Part shown: piece after piece, positions 6,915-14,196 of the stretch
How positions within the stretch are numbered: the stretch's first letter is position 1
Layout of the letters: each line of letters starts with the position of its first letter
Source: a virus
Taxonomy: Duplodnaviria; Heunggongvirae; Uroviricota; Caudoviricetes
Virus record (IMG/VR): IMGVR_UViG_2778261418_000001
Location: 1 to 14,331 of that record
Strand: one strand, 5' to 3'
DNA length: 14,331 nt
Notes under the pieces: generated by a model
The model's database searches: none
What the model saw: the letters and a program-made list of their open reading frames with translations, nothing else
Told to the model about the DNA's origin: nothing
Translations under genes and position numbers: made by a program

Positions 6915-6946
6915 GGGAATTACTGGATCAATCCACAGGAGTAATT

Positions 6947-7591
6947 ATGACATACGAAAATGACAAATTCCAGGTTCTGAAGAGCATGAAGGTTCCAGAT
7001 GATTTTAAATCAAATGGCTTTGTTTATGTGCTTTCGAATGAGTGCATGCCAGGAATTTATAAGATTGGGATGACTAAGCATTCACCAGAAGTTAGGGCTA
7101 AAGAAATTTCAGCCTCTACTGGCGTTCCTAAGCCATTTAAGGTGATAGCAGCCTTTCATTCAAATAATCCCGCATCAGATGAAAAACTCATTCATAAAGC
7201 CTTTGCAAAAGAGAGGCTTAGTGATAATCGAGAGTTTTTCAAGCTTGAAGATAATGATCTTTCTGAATCTCTAAATGAAATAAGGGCGCTGGTTGGCCCT
7301 GAAAGAAATGGCGAGACGGCAGAATACGCAATTTACGACTCATTCATTTCTTTTCGCCATGAAAATGAGCTTGATCTTAATGAGGAGCTTATAGAGCAAG
7401 GTCTGGGTAGTGTAGTTGGTCATCTTCCTGCGGTGAAAAATTTCCTTATTCGCGCCGGAATTGATTACGCGAAGCAACTGATAAGCAAATATAACTCATC
7501 GATAGTTATTAATACAGATGGCAGTGTGGTGATGGTTAAGTCTCTTGAAGCCCAATGCTTTGATGCGGAGGTTGGAAATGAGCCTTGCTGA
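6947..7591 (+). CDS. T5orf172 (GIY-YIG-like) domain protein; moron between cII and O
   Basis: GGAG RBS. N-terminal GFVYVLSNECMPGIYKIGMTKHSPEVRAKEI ... REFFKL matches the T5orf172/MUG113 GIY-YIG-related pattern. Lambda has cII directly followed by O. Confidence 0.65.
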   Translation: MTYENDKFQVLKSMKVPDDFKSNGFVYVLSNECMPGIYKIGMTKHSPEVRAKEISASTGVPKPFKVIAAFHSNNPASDEKLIHKAFAKERLSDNREFFKLEDNDLSESLNEIRALVGPERNGETAEYAIYDSFISFRHENELDLNEELIEQGLGSVVGHLPAVKNFLIRAGIDYAKQLISKYNSSIVINTDGSVVMVKSLEAQCFDAEVGNEPC

Positions 7592-8420
7592 AGTATTTTA
7601 CCTGCCGAAGAGTGAACCTGTTGAACAGGAGCGAAGAGTGGCTGATATCGATGATGGTTACACCAGATTCGCTAACGAGCTGCTGGAAGCTATCGCAAGT
7701 GCCGATTTAACCGCTCGCCAGTTGAAAGTTATGCTGGCCTACGTCCGGAAAACATATGGATTCAATAAGAAAACAGATCGAATAGCCGATGAGCAAATTG
7801 CTCAGTTAACAGGACTGTCAAGGCAGAATGTTAACAAGGCTAAAAAAGAACTGATTTCAATGAATTGCCTGTTTATGGATGGAAATCAAATCGGTGTAAA
7901 CAGTGAGGTATCTGCGTGGCAATTCAGCAAGTGTCTCCAAGTTAGCAACTTTGTCTCGAAGTTAGAGACAAAAAATGTCTCCAAATTAGAGACACTCAAT
8001 GTCTCGAAGTTAGAGACACACAAAAGACATTCTTTAAAGACAAAAGAAAATATTAATAAACCCCCTATATCCCCCAAAAAAGTTTCTCAGAAGTTCGACC
8101 CGCTAGAAACAGAGTTGCCTGATTGGTTATCAGCAGAAACATGGTTGTCGTGGGTTACCTATCGCAAGGAGATAGGTAAGTCGATCAAGTCTAAGCAAAG
8201 TGTCACTCAGGCTATCAACGTTCTAAGCAGAAGTCTGGAGAAGGGATATACACCTGAAGAAATTATAAACCAGAGCATCGCCAGTGGTTGGCAGGGGATT
8301 TTTGAGCCCAAGACTCCAAAGGGGAAATCTCAACCGAGGCCGCAGCATCGAGCTATGCAGGAAAACTTTGCCACCAAAGATTACGGACAAACTGAAATGC
8401 CTTCATGGGCGCAGGAGTGA
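7578..8420 (+). CDS. O: replication initiator O (lambda O family)
   Basis: N-terminal RRVADIDDGYTRFANELLEA...LKVMLAYVRKTYGFNK aligns with lambda O (RNVADLDDGYARLSNMLLEA...FKVLLAILRKTYGWNK). Iterons lie inside the ORF. Start set at ATG 7578 (GGAGG RBS) rather than 7545. Confidence 0.85.
   Translation: MSLAEVFYLPKSEPVEQERRVADIDDGYTRFANELLEAIASADLTARQLKVMLAYVRKTYGFNKKTDRIADEQIAQLTGLSRQNVNKAKKELISMNCLFMDGNQIGVNSEVSAWQFSKCLQVSNFVSKLETKNVSKLETLNVSKLETHKRHSLKTKENINKPPISPKKVSQKFDPLETELPDWLSAETWLSWVTYRKEIGKSIKSKQSVTQAINVLSRSLEKGYTPEEIINQSIASGWQGIFEPKTPKGKSQPRPQHRAMQENFATKDYGQTEMPSWAQE
7932..8075. repeat. lambdoid replication origin: four iterons plus AT-rich region inside O
   Basis: Iterons at 7932, 7952, 7976 and 8000, each ~19 bp (TGTCTCgaagttaGAGACA, with internal dyad TGTCTC/GAGACA); the first is degenerate. 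Followed by AT-rich 8020-8075. Confidence 0.8.
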
Positions 8421-8422
8421 AC

Positions 8423-9268
8423 ATGACGCTGGATGAAAAGATCTCCCAACTGGAGAAAAAACTTGCAGAATTGAGTTCTCCGCCAATTGCTATCGAGCAT
8501 ACAGCTGTAGAAATTGGCACTGGCATCTGTGAAAAACATGGTGAGTTTGAGCAGCGTAACCGTTACTCGACTGGGCCAATTAAGTTTGCCTCAAGACCTA
8601 GCGAATGCCCGGAATGCATGAGAGATGAGCTTATTCGGCTACAGGCAGAGAAGATTAAAATCGACGAAGAATCACGTAAGCGCAATGTCGAGTTTCTGTT
8701 GAATAATCTTGATATTCCTGAACGATTCAAGGGTTGCACACTACAGAACTACGAGCCAGTCAACGACGATGCAAAGAGAGTGCTCAGGGTGTGTCAGGCA
8801 TACGCCAGCAAATGGCCTGAGAGGTTACAGAAAGGCGGTGGGCTGGTTATGTGTGGAAAGCCTGGTACTGGAAAGAATCATCTTGCACTGGCTATCGCCC
8901 GGCACGCAATTACGGAACATCAAAGCTCAGCTATTTTCACAACGGCGCTGAAAATTGCCAGAGAATATAAATCAACATGGTCGAAAAACTCCACCCGCAC
9001 AGAGGATGAAGTGATCCGACAGTTCACTAAACCTGACCTGCTAATTATCGATGAGGTTGGTGTGCAGTTTGGAAGCGAGGCGGAAAAGATGATCATGTTC
9101 GAAATCATCAACACCCGCTACGAGCGCATGAAGCCAACAATCCTGATTAGCAACCAGAGCAAAGATGAACTGTCTGCATTCATTGGTGAGCGTGTTATTG
9201 ACAGGATGAATGATGGCGGCGGGTGCACTCTTGCGTTTACATGGGATAGTTACAGGAGCAGATCGTGA
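8423..9268 (+). CDS. DnaC-like helicase loader (IstB-type AAA+ ATPase) with N-terminal zinc-ribbon-like Cys motif
   Basis: Walker A GKPGTGKNHLA and Walker B LLIIDEVG. CxxH...CPEC motif near the N-terminus. AGGAG RBS before ATG 8423. Directly downstream of O. Confidence 0.85.
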   Translation: MTLDEKISQLEKKLAELSSPPIAIEHTAVEIGTGICEKHGEFEQRNRYSTGPIKFASRPSECPECMRDELIRLQAEKIKIDEESRKRNVEFLLNNLDIPERFKGCTLQNYEPVNDDAKRVLRVCQAYASKWPERLQKGGGLVMCGKPGTGKNHLALAIARHAITEHQSSAIFTTALKIAREYKSTWSKNSTRTEDEVIRQFTKPDLLIIDEVGVQFGSEAEKMIMFEIINTRYERMKPTILISNQSKDELSAFIGERVIDRMNDGGGCTLAFTWDSYRSRS

Positions 9269-9555
9269 CTGGAAAAGAAATCATCCTGGAATATCTGAAA
9301 ACTCATGAACAATTCTCCCCACATGAATTAGCACTGATCACCGGAATACCAAATAACAGAATCGCTCAAGCAGCAAGGCATATGGTGAAACAAGGACATT
9401 TGAGTGTTGTTGAGCGTAAGTGGAAGACGGTTATTTATGCAAAACGCAAAGTGAAGAAGGAGCCAATTAAAAGAAATCCAGATGGTACGGGGTGGGGATG
9501 TGCAAATCCAATGACGGCGTTTATTAATAGGGCGCTTATGGAGGTAAGGCAATGA
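9265..9555 (+). CDS. ren: Ren-like protein (96 aa)
   Basis: GTG start overlapping the loader stop (GTGA), GGAG RBS. MTGKEIILEYLKTHEQFSPHELALITG... aligns with lambda Ren (MTGKEAIIHYLGTHNSFCAPDVAALTG...), same length and position. Confidence 0.7.
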   Translation: MTGKEIILEYLKTHEQFSPHELALITGIPNNRIAQAARHMVKQGHLSVVERKWKTVIYAKRKVKKEPIKRNPDGTGWGCANPMTAFINRALMEVRQ

Positions 9556-9580
9556 CCATCTACATCACTGAGCTAATAAC

Positions 9581-9613
9581 AGGCCTGCTGGTAATCGCAG
9601 GCCTTTTTATTTG
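9581..9613 (+). terminator. tR2-like intrinsic terminator between ren and ninB
   Basis: AGGCCTGC-tggtaatc-GCAGGCCT followed by TTTTATTTG. Confidence 0.6.
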
Positions 9614-9628
9614 GGGGAGAGGGAAGTC

Positions 9629-10069
9629 ATGAAAAAACTAACCTTTGAAATTCGATCCCCAGCACATCAGCAAAACGCTATTCACGCGGTACAGCAAATT
9701 CTTCCAGACCCAACCAAACCAATCGTAGTGACCATCCAGGAACGCAACCGCAGCTTAGACCAAAATCGGAAGCTTTGGGCTTGCTTAGGTGACGTCTCTC
9801 GTCAGGTTGAATGGCATGGTCGCTGGCTGGATGCAGAAAGCTGGAAGTGTGTGTTTACCGCAGCATTAAAGCAGCAGGACGTTGTTCCTAACCTTGCCGG
9901 GAATGGCTTTGTGGTAATAGGCCAGTCAACCAGCAGGATGCGTGTAAGCGAATTTGCGGAGCTATTAGAGCTTATACAGGCATTCGGTACAGAGCGTGGC
10001 GTTAAGTGGTCAGACGAAGCGCGACTGGCTCTCGAATGGAAAGCGCGATGGGGAGATCGGGCTGCATGA
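9629..10069 (+). CDS. ninB: NinB recombination protein
   Basis: From MKKLTFEIRSPAHQQNAIHAVQQILPDPTKP... the protein is essentially identical to lambda NinB as recalled from memory. Confidence 0.9.
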   Translation: MKKLTFEIRSPAHQQNAIHAVQQILPDPTKPIVVTIQERNRSLDQNRKLWACLGDVSRQVEWHGRWLDAESWKCVFTAALKQQDVVPNLAGNGFVVIGQSTSRMRVSEFAELLELIQAFGTERGVKWSDEARLALEWKARWGDRAA

Positions 10070-10590
10070 CTATCAAATCAAATACGCCAGCGTCAGATAG
10101 GTATCGGCTTATTGAGGATTATCTGTATTTAGACGGAGATACAGTCAGGTACAAAAAGGACTCGCTAAAACACCCCAACCACAGCCACCGGGCCGGAGAT
10201 GAAATTAAAACATCGATAAATGGATCTGGGTATAGACAGGTGTGTTTTGCAGGCATTCAGATGTTTGTTCACGTAGTTGTTTTTGCGCTGCACAACAAAA
10301 GAATGCCATTGAAAAATATTGACCATATTAACGGAAACAGGCTGGACAATTCCCCAAAAAATCTTAGGGAGGCAAGCCGGATAGCAAACAGCCGAAATCA
10401 GAAAACTAAGTGCAATAGCCGTTCTGGAATAAAAAATGTTTTATGGAACAAGCAAAAAAATAAATGGGCCGTTCAAGTGCGCACAGATTTTGGCCGGTTG
10501 CATTTTGGGTTCTATGAAGATCTTGAGCTTGCTGGTTTGGTTGCCAGTGAGGCTATCAACAAATATCACGGACAATATGCGAGGGTTTAA
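10066..10590 (+). CDS. HNH endonuclease with AP2-like DNA-binding domain (free-standing homing-endonuclease type)
   Basis: ATG 10066 overlaps the ninB stop (ATGA). HNH motif IDHINGNRLDNSPKNLR. C-terminal AP2-like WNKQKNKWAVQV...GFYEDLELAG. Inserted between ninB and the next nin gene. Confidence 0.8.
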   Translation: MTIKSNTPASDRYRLIEDYLYLDGDTVRYKKDSLKHPNHSHRAGDEIKTSINGSGYRQVCFAGIQMFVHVVVFALHNKRMPLKNIDHINGNRLDNSPKNLREASRIANSRNQKTKCNSRSGIKNVLWNKQKNKWAVQVRTDFGRLHFGFYEDLELAGLVASEAINKYHGQYARV

Positions 10591-11120
10591 TGATTAAGCA
10601 TAAATCAGAAACACCAAAAGAAGTTAGAGACTGCTGGCAAACGCCGCTTTGGCTTTTTGATGCACTGGATATTGAGTTTGGATTCTGGCTGGATTCGGCA
10701 GCGAGCGACAAAAATGCTCTGTGCGCTCACTGGCTAACTGAGGCCGACGACGCACTCAATTCTGAGTGGATAAGCCACGGTGCAATCTGGAATAACCCAC
10801 CGTACAGCAATATCAGGCCGTGGGTGGAAAAAGCCGCTGAGCAGTGCATACAACAGCGACAGACGGTAGTGATGCTTGTGCCAGAGGATATGTCTGTCGG
10901 ATGGTTCAGCAAGGCTCTGGAGAGTGTTGACGAAGTTCGCATTATCACTGATGGACGGATTAATTTTATCGAACCATCGACAGGGCTGGAGAAGAAGGGA
11001 AACAGTAAAGGCTCCATGCTGCTGATTTGGCGACCGTTCATCAGTCCTCGACGGATGTTTACTACCGTATCCAAAGCGGCATTGATGGCGATCGGGCAGG
11101 GCGTCAGGAGGGCGGCATGA
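10590..11120 (+). CDS. dam: phage Dam-type DNA N6-adenine methyltransferase
   Basis: Catalytic NPPY motif (IWNNPPYSN), size and nin-region position typical of phage orphan N6-adenine methyltransferases. TAATG overlap with the HNH gene. Confidence 0.8.
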   Translation: MIKHKSETPKEVRDCWQTPLWLFDALDIEFGFWLDSAASDKNALCAHWLTEADDALNSEWISHGAIWNNPPYSNIRPWVEKAAEQCIQQRQTVVMLVPEDMSVGWFSKALESVDEVRIITDGRINFIEPSTGLEKKGNSKGSMLLIWRPFISPRRMFTTVSKAALMAIGQGVRRAA

Positions 11121-11299
11121 GACGACAGCGACGAAGTATCACCGACATAATCTGCGAAAACTGCAAATACCTTCCAACGAAGCGCTCCAGAAATAAACGC
11201 AAGCAAATCCCAAAAGAATCTGACGTAAAAACCTTCAATTACACGGCTCACCTGTGGGATATCCGGTGGCTTAGAGAACGTGCGAGGAAAACAAGGTGA
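11117..11299 (+). CDS. ninE: NinE
   Basis: [60 protein letters not shown] is near-identical to lambda NinE as recalled. ATGA overlap with dam. Confidence 0.85.
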   Translation: MRRQRRSITDIICENCKYLPTKRSRNKRKQIPKESDVKTFNYTAHLWDIRWLRERARKTR

Positions 11300-11466
11300 T
11301 TGACCCAAATCGAAGTTACGAACAAGAAAGCGTCGAGCGGGCTTTAACGTGCGCTAACTGCGGTCAGAAGCTGCATTTTCTGGAAGTTCACGTGTGCTCC
11401 GATTGCTGCGCAGAACTGATGAGCGATCCGAATAGCTCAATGTACGAGGAAGAAGACGATGAATGA
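11296..11466 (+). CDS. ninF: NinF (56 aa, GTG start)
   Basis: Not in the ORF track. GTG at 11296 overlaps the ninE stop. Translation [56 protein letters not shown] matches lambda NinF. Confidence 0.8.
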   Translation: MIDPNRSYEQESVERALTCANCGQKLHFLEVHVCSDCCAELMSDPNSSMYEEEDDE

Positions 11467-12181
11467 GTTAATAAATGGCAATGCCATCAAAATGACAAGC
11501 ATTGAAATCGCTGAGTTGGTGGGTAAGCGTCATGACAATGTGAAACGTACCATCGAAACGCTGGCTAAAAATGGTGTTATCCGGCTTCCTCAAATTGAGG
11601 TTTCCGAAAGAATCAATAACTTAGGGTTCAATGTTCAGTACGAGCATTACGTCTTCGAAGGCGAACAAGGTAAGCGAGATAGTATTGTTGTTGTTGCCCA
11701 GTTGTCGCCGGAATTCACCGCTCGTCTTGTTGACCGTTGGCGAGAGCTTGAAGAAGCTGCGGTTAATATCCCAAAAACGCTACCAGAAGCGTTGCGCCTT
11801 GCTGCTGATCTTGCTGAGCAGAAAATGCAACTGGAAAACCAGCTTGCAATTGCCGCACCTAAAGTTGAGTTTGCCGATCGCGTTGGCGAGGCCAGCGGAA
11901 TTTTGATTGGAAACTTTGCAAAGGTTGTCGGTATTGGTCCAAACAAACTGTTTGCGTGGATGCGCGATCACAAAATCCTTATTGCTTCAGGTTCCCGGCG
12001 CAATGTGCCAATGCAGGAATATATGGATCGCGGCTATTTCACAGTGAAAGAAACAGCGGTCAACACAAATCACGGAATACAGATATCGTTCACCACAAAA
12101 ATCACCGGGCGTGGTCAACAGTGGCTGACCAGAAAGCTGCTCGATAACGGAATGCTGAAAGTAACAGGGGAGGCTGCTTAA
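11459..12181 (+). CDS. antirepressor-like protein (Rha-type N-domain plus KilA-C/Ant C-domain)
   Basis: N-terminus (MTSIEIAELVGKRHDNVKRTIETL) resembles the Rha regulatory domain. The C-terminal half (FAKVVGIGPNKLFAWMRDHKIL...) resembles the KilA-C antirepressor domain. Inserted between ninF and ybcO. Confidence 0.7.
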   Translation: MNELINGNAIKMTSIEIAELVGKRHDNVKRTIETLAKNGVIRLPQIEVSERINNLGFNVQYEHYVFEGEQGKRDSIVVVAQLSPEFTARLVDRWRELEEAAVNIPKTLPEALRLAADLAEQKMQLENQLAIAAPKVEFADRVGEASGILIGNFAKVVGIGPNKLFAWMRDHKILIASGSRRNVPMQEYMDRGYFTVKETAVNTNHGIQISFTTKITGRGQQWLTRKLLDNGMLKVTGEAA

Positions 12182-12471
12182 TGGCTAACCTACGCAAAGA
12201 AGCACGCGGCAGAGAATGCCAGGTACGTATTTACGGAATATGCAATGGTAATCCTGAAACTACAGTTCTGGCACATTACCGGATGGCTGGAATTTGCGGA
12301 ACGGGAATGAAGCCTGACGACCTGATCGGCGCATGGGCTTGTAGCGCGTGTCACGATGAAATCGACCGACGCACCCATAACCTCGACAACAAAGACGCCA
12401 GACTTTACCACCTGGAAGGCGTGATCAGGACGCAGGCGATACTGCTGAAGGAGGGGAAGATTAAGCCATGA
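12181..12471 (+). CDS. ybcO: YbcO-like DUF1364 protein (Cys-rich, putative nuclease)
   Basis: 96 aa with a conserved Cys pattern (CQVRIYGICNG...CSACHDEIDRR). Same size and position (before rusA) as DLP12 YbcO. Confidence 0.65.
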   Translation: MANLRKEARGRECQVRIYGICNGNPETTVLAHYRMAGICGTGMKPDDLIGAWACSACHDEIDRRTHNLDNKDARLYHLEGVIRTQAILLKEGKIKP

Positions 12472-12830
12472 ACGAATATCAGTTTGTGCTTCCATACCCG
12501 CCGTCGGTGAACACCTACTGGCGAAGACGGGGAAGCCAATACTACATCAGCGATAAAGGCCAGAAATACCGAAAAGACGTTCAGCAAATCATCCGCCAAC
12601 TTAAGTTAGACATTTTCACCAAATCACGACTCCGCATCAAAGTCATCGCAGACGTTCCAGACTCCCGCCGCCGCGACCTCGACAACATCCTGAAAGGTTT
12701 ACTCGACTCCCTTATCCACGCCGGATTCGCGGAAGACGACGAGCAATTCGATGACATTCGCGTAATTCGTGGTGTGAAAGTACCAGGTGGACGGCTTGGA
12801 GTAAAAATCACCGAACTGGAGAACGTATGA
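12468..12830 (+). CDS. rusA: RusA Holliday-junction resolvase
   Basis: 120 aa. Motifs LPYPPSVNTYW and RRRDLDN and C-terminal GGRLGVKITEL align with E. coli RusA (LPWPPSNNRYY, RRRDLDN, GGRLELTITEM). Confidence 0.85.
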   Translation: MNEYQFVLPYPPSVNTYWRRRGSQYYISDKGQKYRKDVQQIIRQLKLDIFTKSRLRIKVIADVPDSRRRDLDNILKGLLDSLIHAGFAEDDEQFDDIRVIRGVKVPGGRLGVKITELENV

Positions 12831-13015
12831 ACGCCACAATTCAAACGATACCAGAGCTTCTTATCCAGACACGAGGTAATCAGACCGAAGTGGCGAGGAT
12901 GCTTTCCTGCGCAAGAGGAACAGTGCTCAAGTACAACCGAGACAGAAAAGGCGAGCGTCACGTAATAGTTAACGGCGTCCTGATGGTCACGCCAGGCAAA
13001 AAGGGAAGACGATGA
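12827..13015 (+). CDS. ninH: NinH-like small DNA-binding protein
   Basis: IPELLIQTRGNQTEVARMLSCARGTVLKYNRDRKGERHVIVNGVLMV aligns with lambda NinH (IPDMLVEAYGNQTEVARRLKCSRGTVRKYVDDKDGKMHAIVNDVLMV). Confidence 0.75.
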   Translation: MNATIQTIPELLIQTRGNQTEVARMLSCARGTVLKYNRDRKGERHVIVNGVLMVTPGKKGRR

Positions 13016-13530
13016 GCATAAGAGAACTAAACCTCACCAAAGAACAGCACGAGTGGCTGAATGGCTGGCTTGAACTGTGGGGCGCATGGGTTTATTCAGG
13101 TCGTCTGGAAAAGCGTATGAGCAGCGTAATAGCGAAGTTCATGGAGAGCGTAGAGCCGGGAAGAGTTATGACAAGGCCAATGTGCAATGATGATGATGGA
13201 ATGTTGATTTCTCAGGTCGTCGATTCCGTCATGTACATTGACAAAAAAGCCTTTGGCATCCTCCTCAGCTACTACGCTCATGGTTCATCTAAGCGAGCAA
13301 TTGCATCCTACTATCACGCGACTGCAAAGCCACGCAAGATGTGTGGACGTGGTGGCGAGGGATGGAGAAAACCTTCACTGGCAACCTGTAGAAACGAAAT
13401 TGACGACATCCTGAAAGCGTCATTATTTGTTTTATACCAGCCGATGCAAAATGCTTTCAAAATGCGTAAACGTGTTGAGAAAGTTAAGCATATTGCTGTT
13501 AAAAGCCTTGACATGCAATTATCCATTTAG
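13012..13530 (+). CDS. Q: late-gene antiterminator Q (QuuD/phage 21-82 type, not lambda-Q type)
   Basis: Pattern LELWGAW ... RPMCNDDDGML ... LLSYYAHG parallels DLP12 QuuD (ERWGAW ... RPQCCDDDAMI ... LLVDYYVVG) as recalled. Last gene before the putative late promoter. Confidence 0.8.
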   Translation: MSIRELNLTKEQHEWLNGWLELWGAWVYSGRLEKRMSSVIAKFMESVEPGRVMTRPMCNDDDGMLISQVVDSVMYIDKKAFGILLSYYAHGSSKRAIASYYHATAKPRKMCGRGGEGWRKPSLATCRNEIDDILKASLFVLYQPMQNAFKMRKRVEKVKHIAVKSLDMQLSI

Positions 13531-13537
13531 CCATAAT
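13508..13537 (+). promoter_or_regulatory. putative late promoter pR' overlapping the 3' end of Q
   Basis: TTGACA (13508-13513), 18-bp spacer, CATAAT (13532-13537). The hairpin with U-run ~10 nt downstream would give a short terminated transcript, as in lambdoid pR'/tR'. Confidence 0.5.
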
Positions 13538-13548
13538 TAGAAGGTAAG

Positions 13549-13588
13549 CTACCGTTAGTGACTCTTAAGTTGCAACGGTGGCTTTTTT
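13549..13588 (+). terminator. tR'-like intrinsic terminator
   Basis: CTACCGTT ... AACGGTGG (8 bp including one G-U) around a 17-nt loop, then C and TTTTTT. Confidence 0.5.
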
Positions 13589-13592
13589 ATTT

Positions 13593-13667
13593 GGGTCAGT
13601 CGTATAAAGGTCATTACGGAAGGCTGTTAACCTTCTTATCGTGGTTCGAGTCCACGCTGTCCCGCCA
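13593..13667 (+). tRNA. tRNA, anticodon GUU (Asn) by manual fold; imperfect stems
   Basis: 75 nt cloverleaf. Anticodon arm GAAGG-CTGTTAA-CCTTC, T-arm CGTGG-TTCGAGT-CCACG, 3' GCCA. One mismatch each in the acceptor and D stems, so it may be divergent or a pseudo-tRNA. Confidence 0.55.
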
Positions 13668-13672
13668 AATAT

Positions 13673-13748
13673 GCTGGTTTAGCTCCAATGGTAGAGCGGT
13701 CGCCTTGTAAGCGAATGGGTAGCGGTTCAAGTCCGTTAACCAGCACCA
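13673..13748 (+). tRNA. tRNA, anticodon UGU (Thr) by manual fold
   Basis: 76 nt. Perfect 7-bp acceptor stem (GCTGGTT/AACCAGC), D-arm GCTC-CAATGGTA-GAGC, anticodon loop CTTGTAA, T-arm AGCGG-TTCAAGT-CCGTT, ACCA 3' end. Confidence 0.7.
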
Positions 13749-13834
13749 TAACTGAGCCGTAGCCACTGGCTATCCTGAACTCATCAGTGATAGTTATGCT
13801 GCGGCCTTCTACACATGACCTTCGTGAAAGCGGG

Positions 13835-13869
13835 TGGCAGGAGGTTGCGCTAACAACCTCCTGCCGTTT
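13835..13869 (+). terminator. strong hairpin terminator between the tRNAs and the lysis genes
   Basis: GGCAGGAGGTTG-cgctaa-CAACCTCCTGCC (12-bp perfect stem) followed by GTTTT. Confidence 0.6.
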
Positions 13870-13992
13870 TGCCCGTGCATATCGGTCACGAACAAATCTG
13901 ATTACTAAACACAGTAGCCTGGATTTGTTCTATCAGTAATCGACCTTATTTCTAATTAAATAGAGCAAATCCCCTCAATGAAGGGGTAGAGC

Positions 13993-14196
13993 ATGTACCG
14001 TATGGACAAAATCAGAGAATGGTTCAGTTACAGCTTCGGAGGACTGACTGCGATGGGTGGCATTCTCTCCCTGAATGACTGGGCTGTCATCATTGGTATT
14101 CTTTGTACTGTCGGCACATTTGGCATCAACTGGTACTACAAGCGCAAAGAGCGCGAGGACAGATTGAATGGCAATGTCACCGGCACTACGAAATAG
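13993..14196 (+). CDS. holin, dual-start pinholin-like (67/64 aa)
   Basis: MYRM dual-start motif (Met1 and Met4, with Arg between). Two predicted TMDs, the first Gly/Ala-rich. Short charged C-terminus. Immediately followed by an overlapping SAR endolysin. Confidence 0.75.
   Translation: MYRMDKIREWFSYSFGGLTAMGGILSLNDWAVIIGILCTVGTFGINWYYKRKEREDRLNGNVTGTTK

Noticed and set aside
7545-7577. Upstream start MKPNALMRRLE for O
   Set aside because: Overlaps 47 nt of the T5orf172 gene and lacks an RBS; ATG 7578 has a GGAGG Shine-Dalgarno.
7932-8018. Possible CRISPR-like repeat array
   Set aside because: Only four ~19-bp repeats with irregular 1-5 bp spacers and internal dyads, inside the O gene: these are ori iterons.
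10006-10065. N-terminal extension of the HNH ORF overlapping ninB
   Set aside because: ATG 10066 forms a typical ATGA overlap with the ninB stop; the upstream part is the ninB 3' end in another frame.
10727-11308. 193-aa minus-strand ORF
   Set aside because: Antisense to the Dam methyltransferase and ninE, both of which have clear matches; no RBS.
11631-11971. Several 60-100 aa ORFs in both strands inside the antirepressor gene
   Set aside because: Nested in or antisense to a 240-aa ORF with recognisable Rha and KilA-C features.
13750-13834. Possible third tRNA or cargo gene between tRNA-2 and the second terminator
   Set aside because: No T-loop (GGTTCGA/GGTTCAA-type) motif or cloverleaf, and no ORF of meaningful length.
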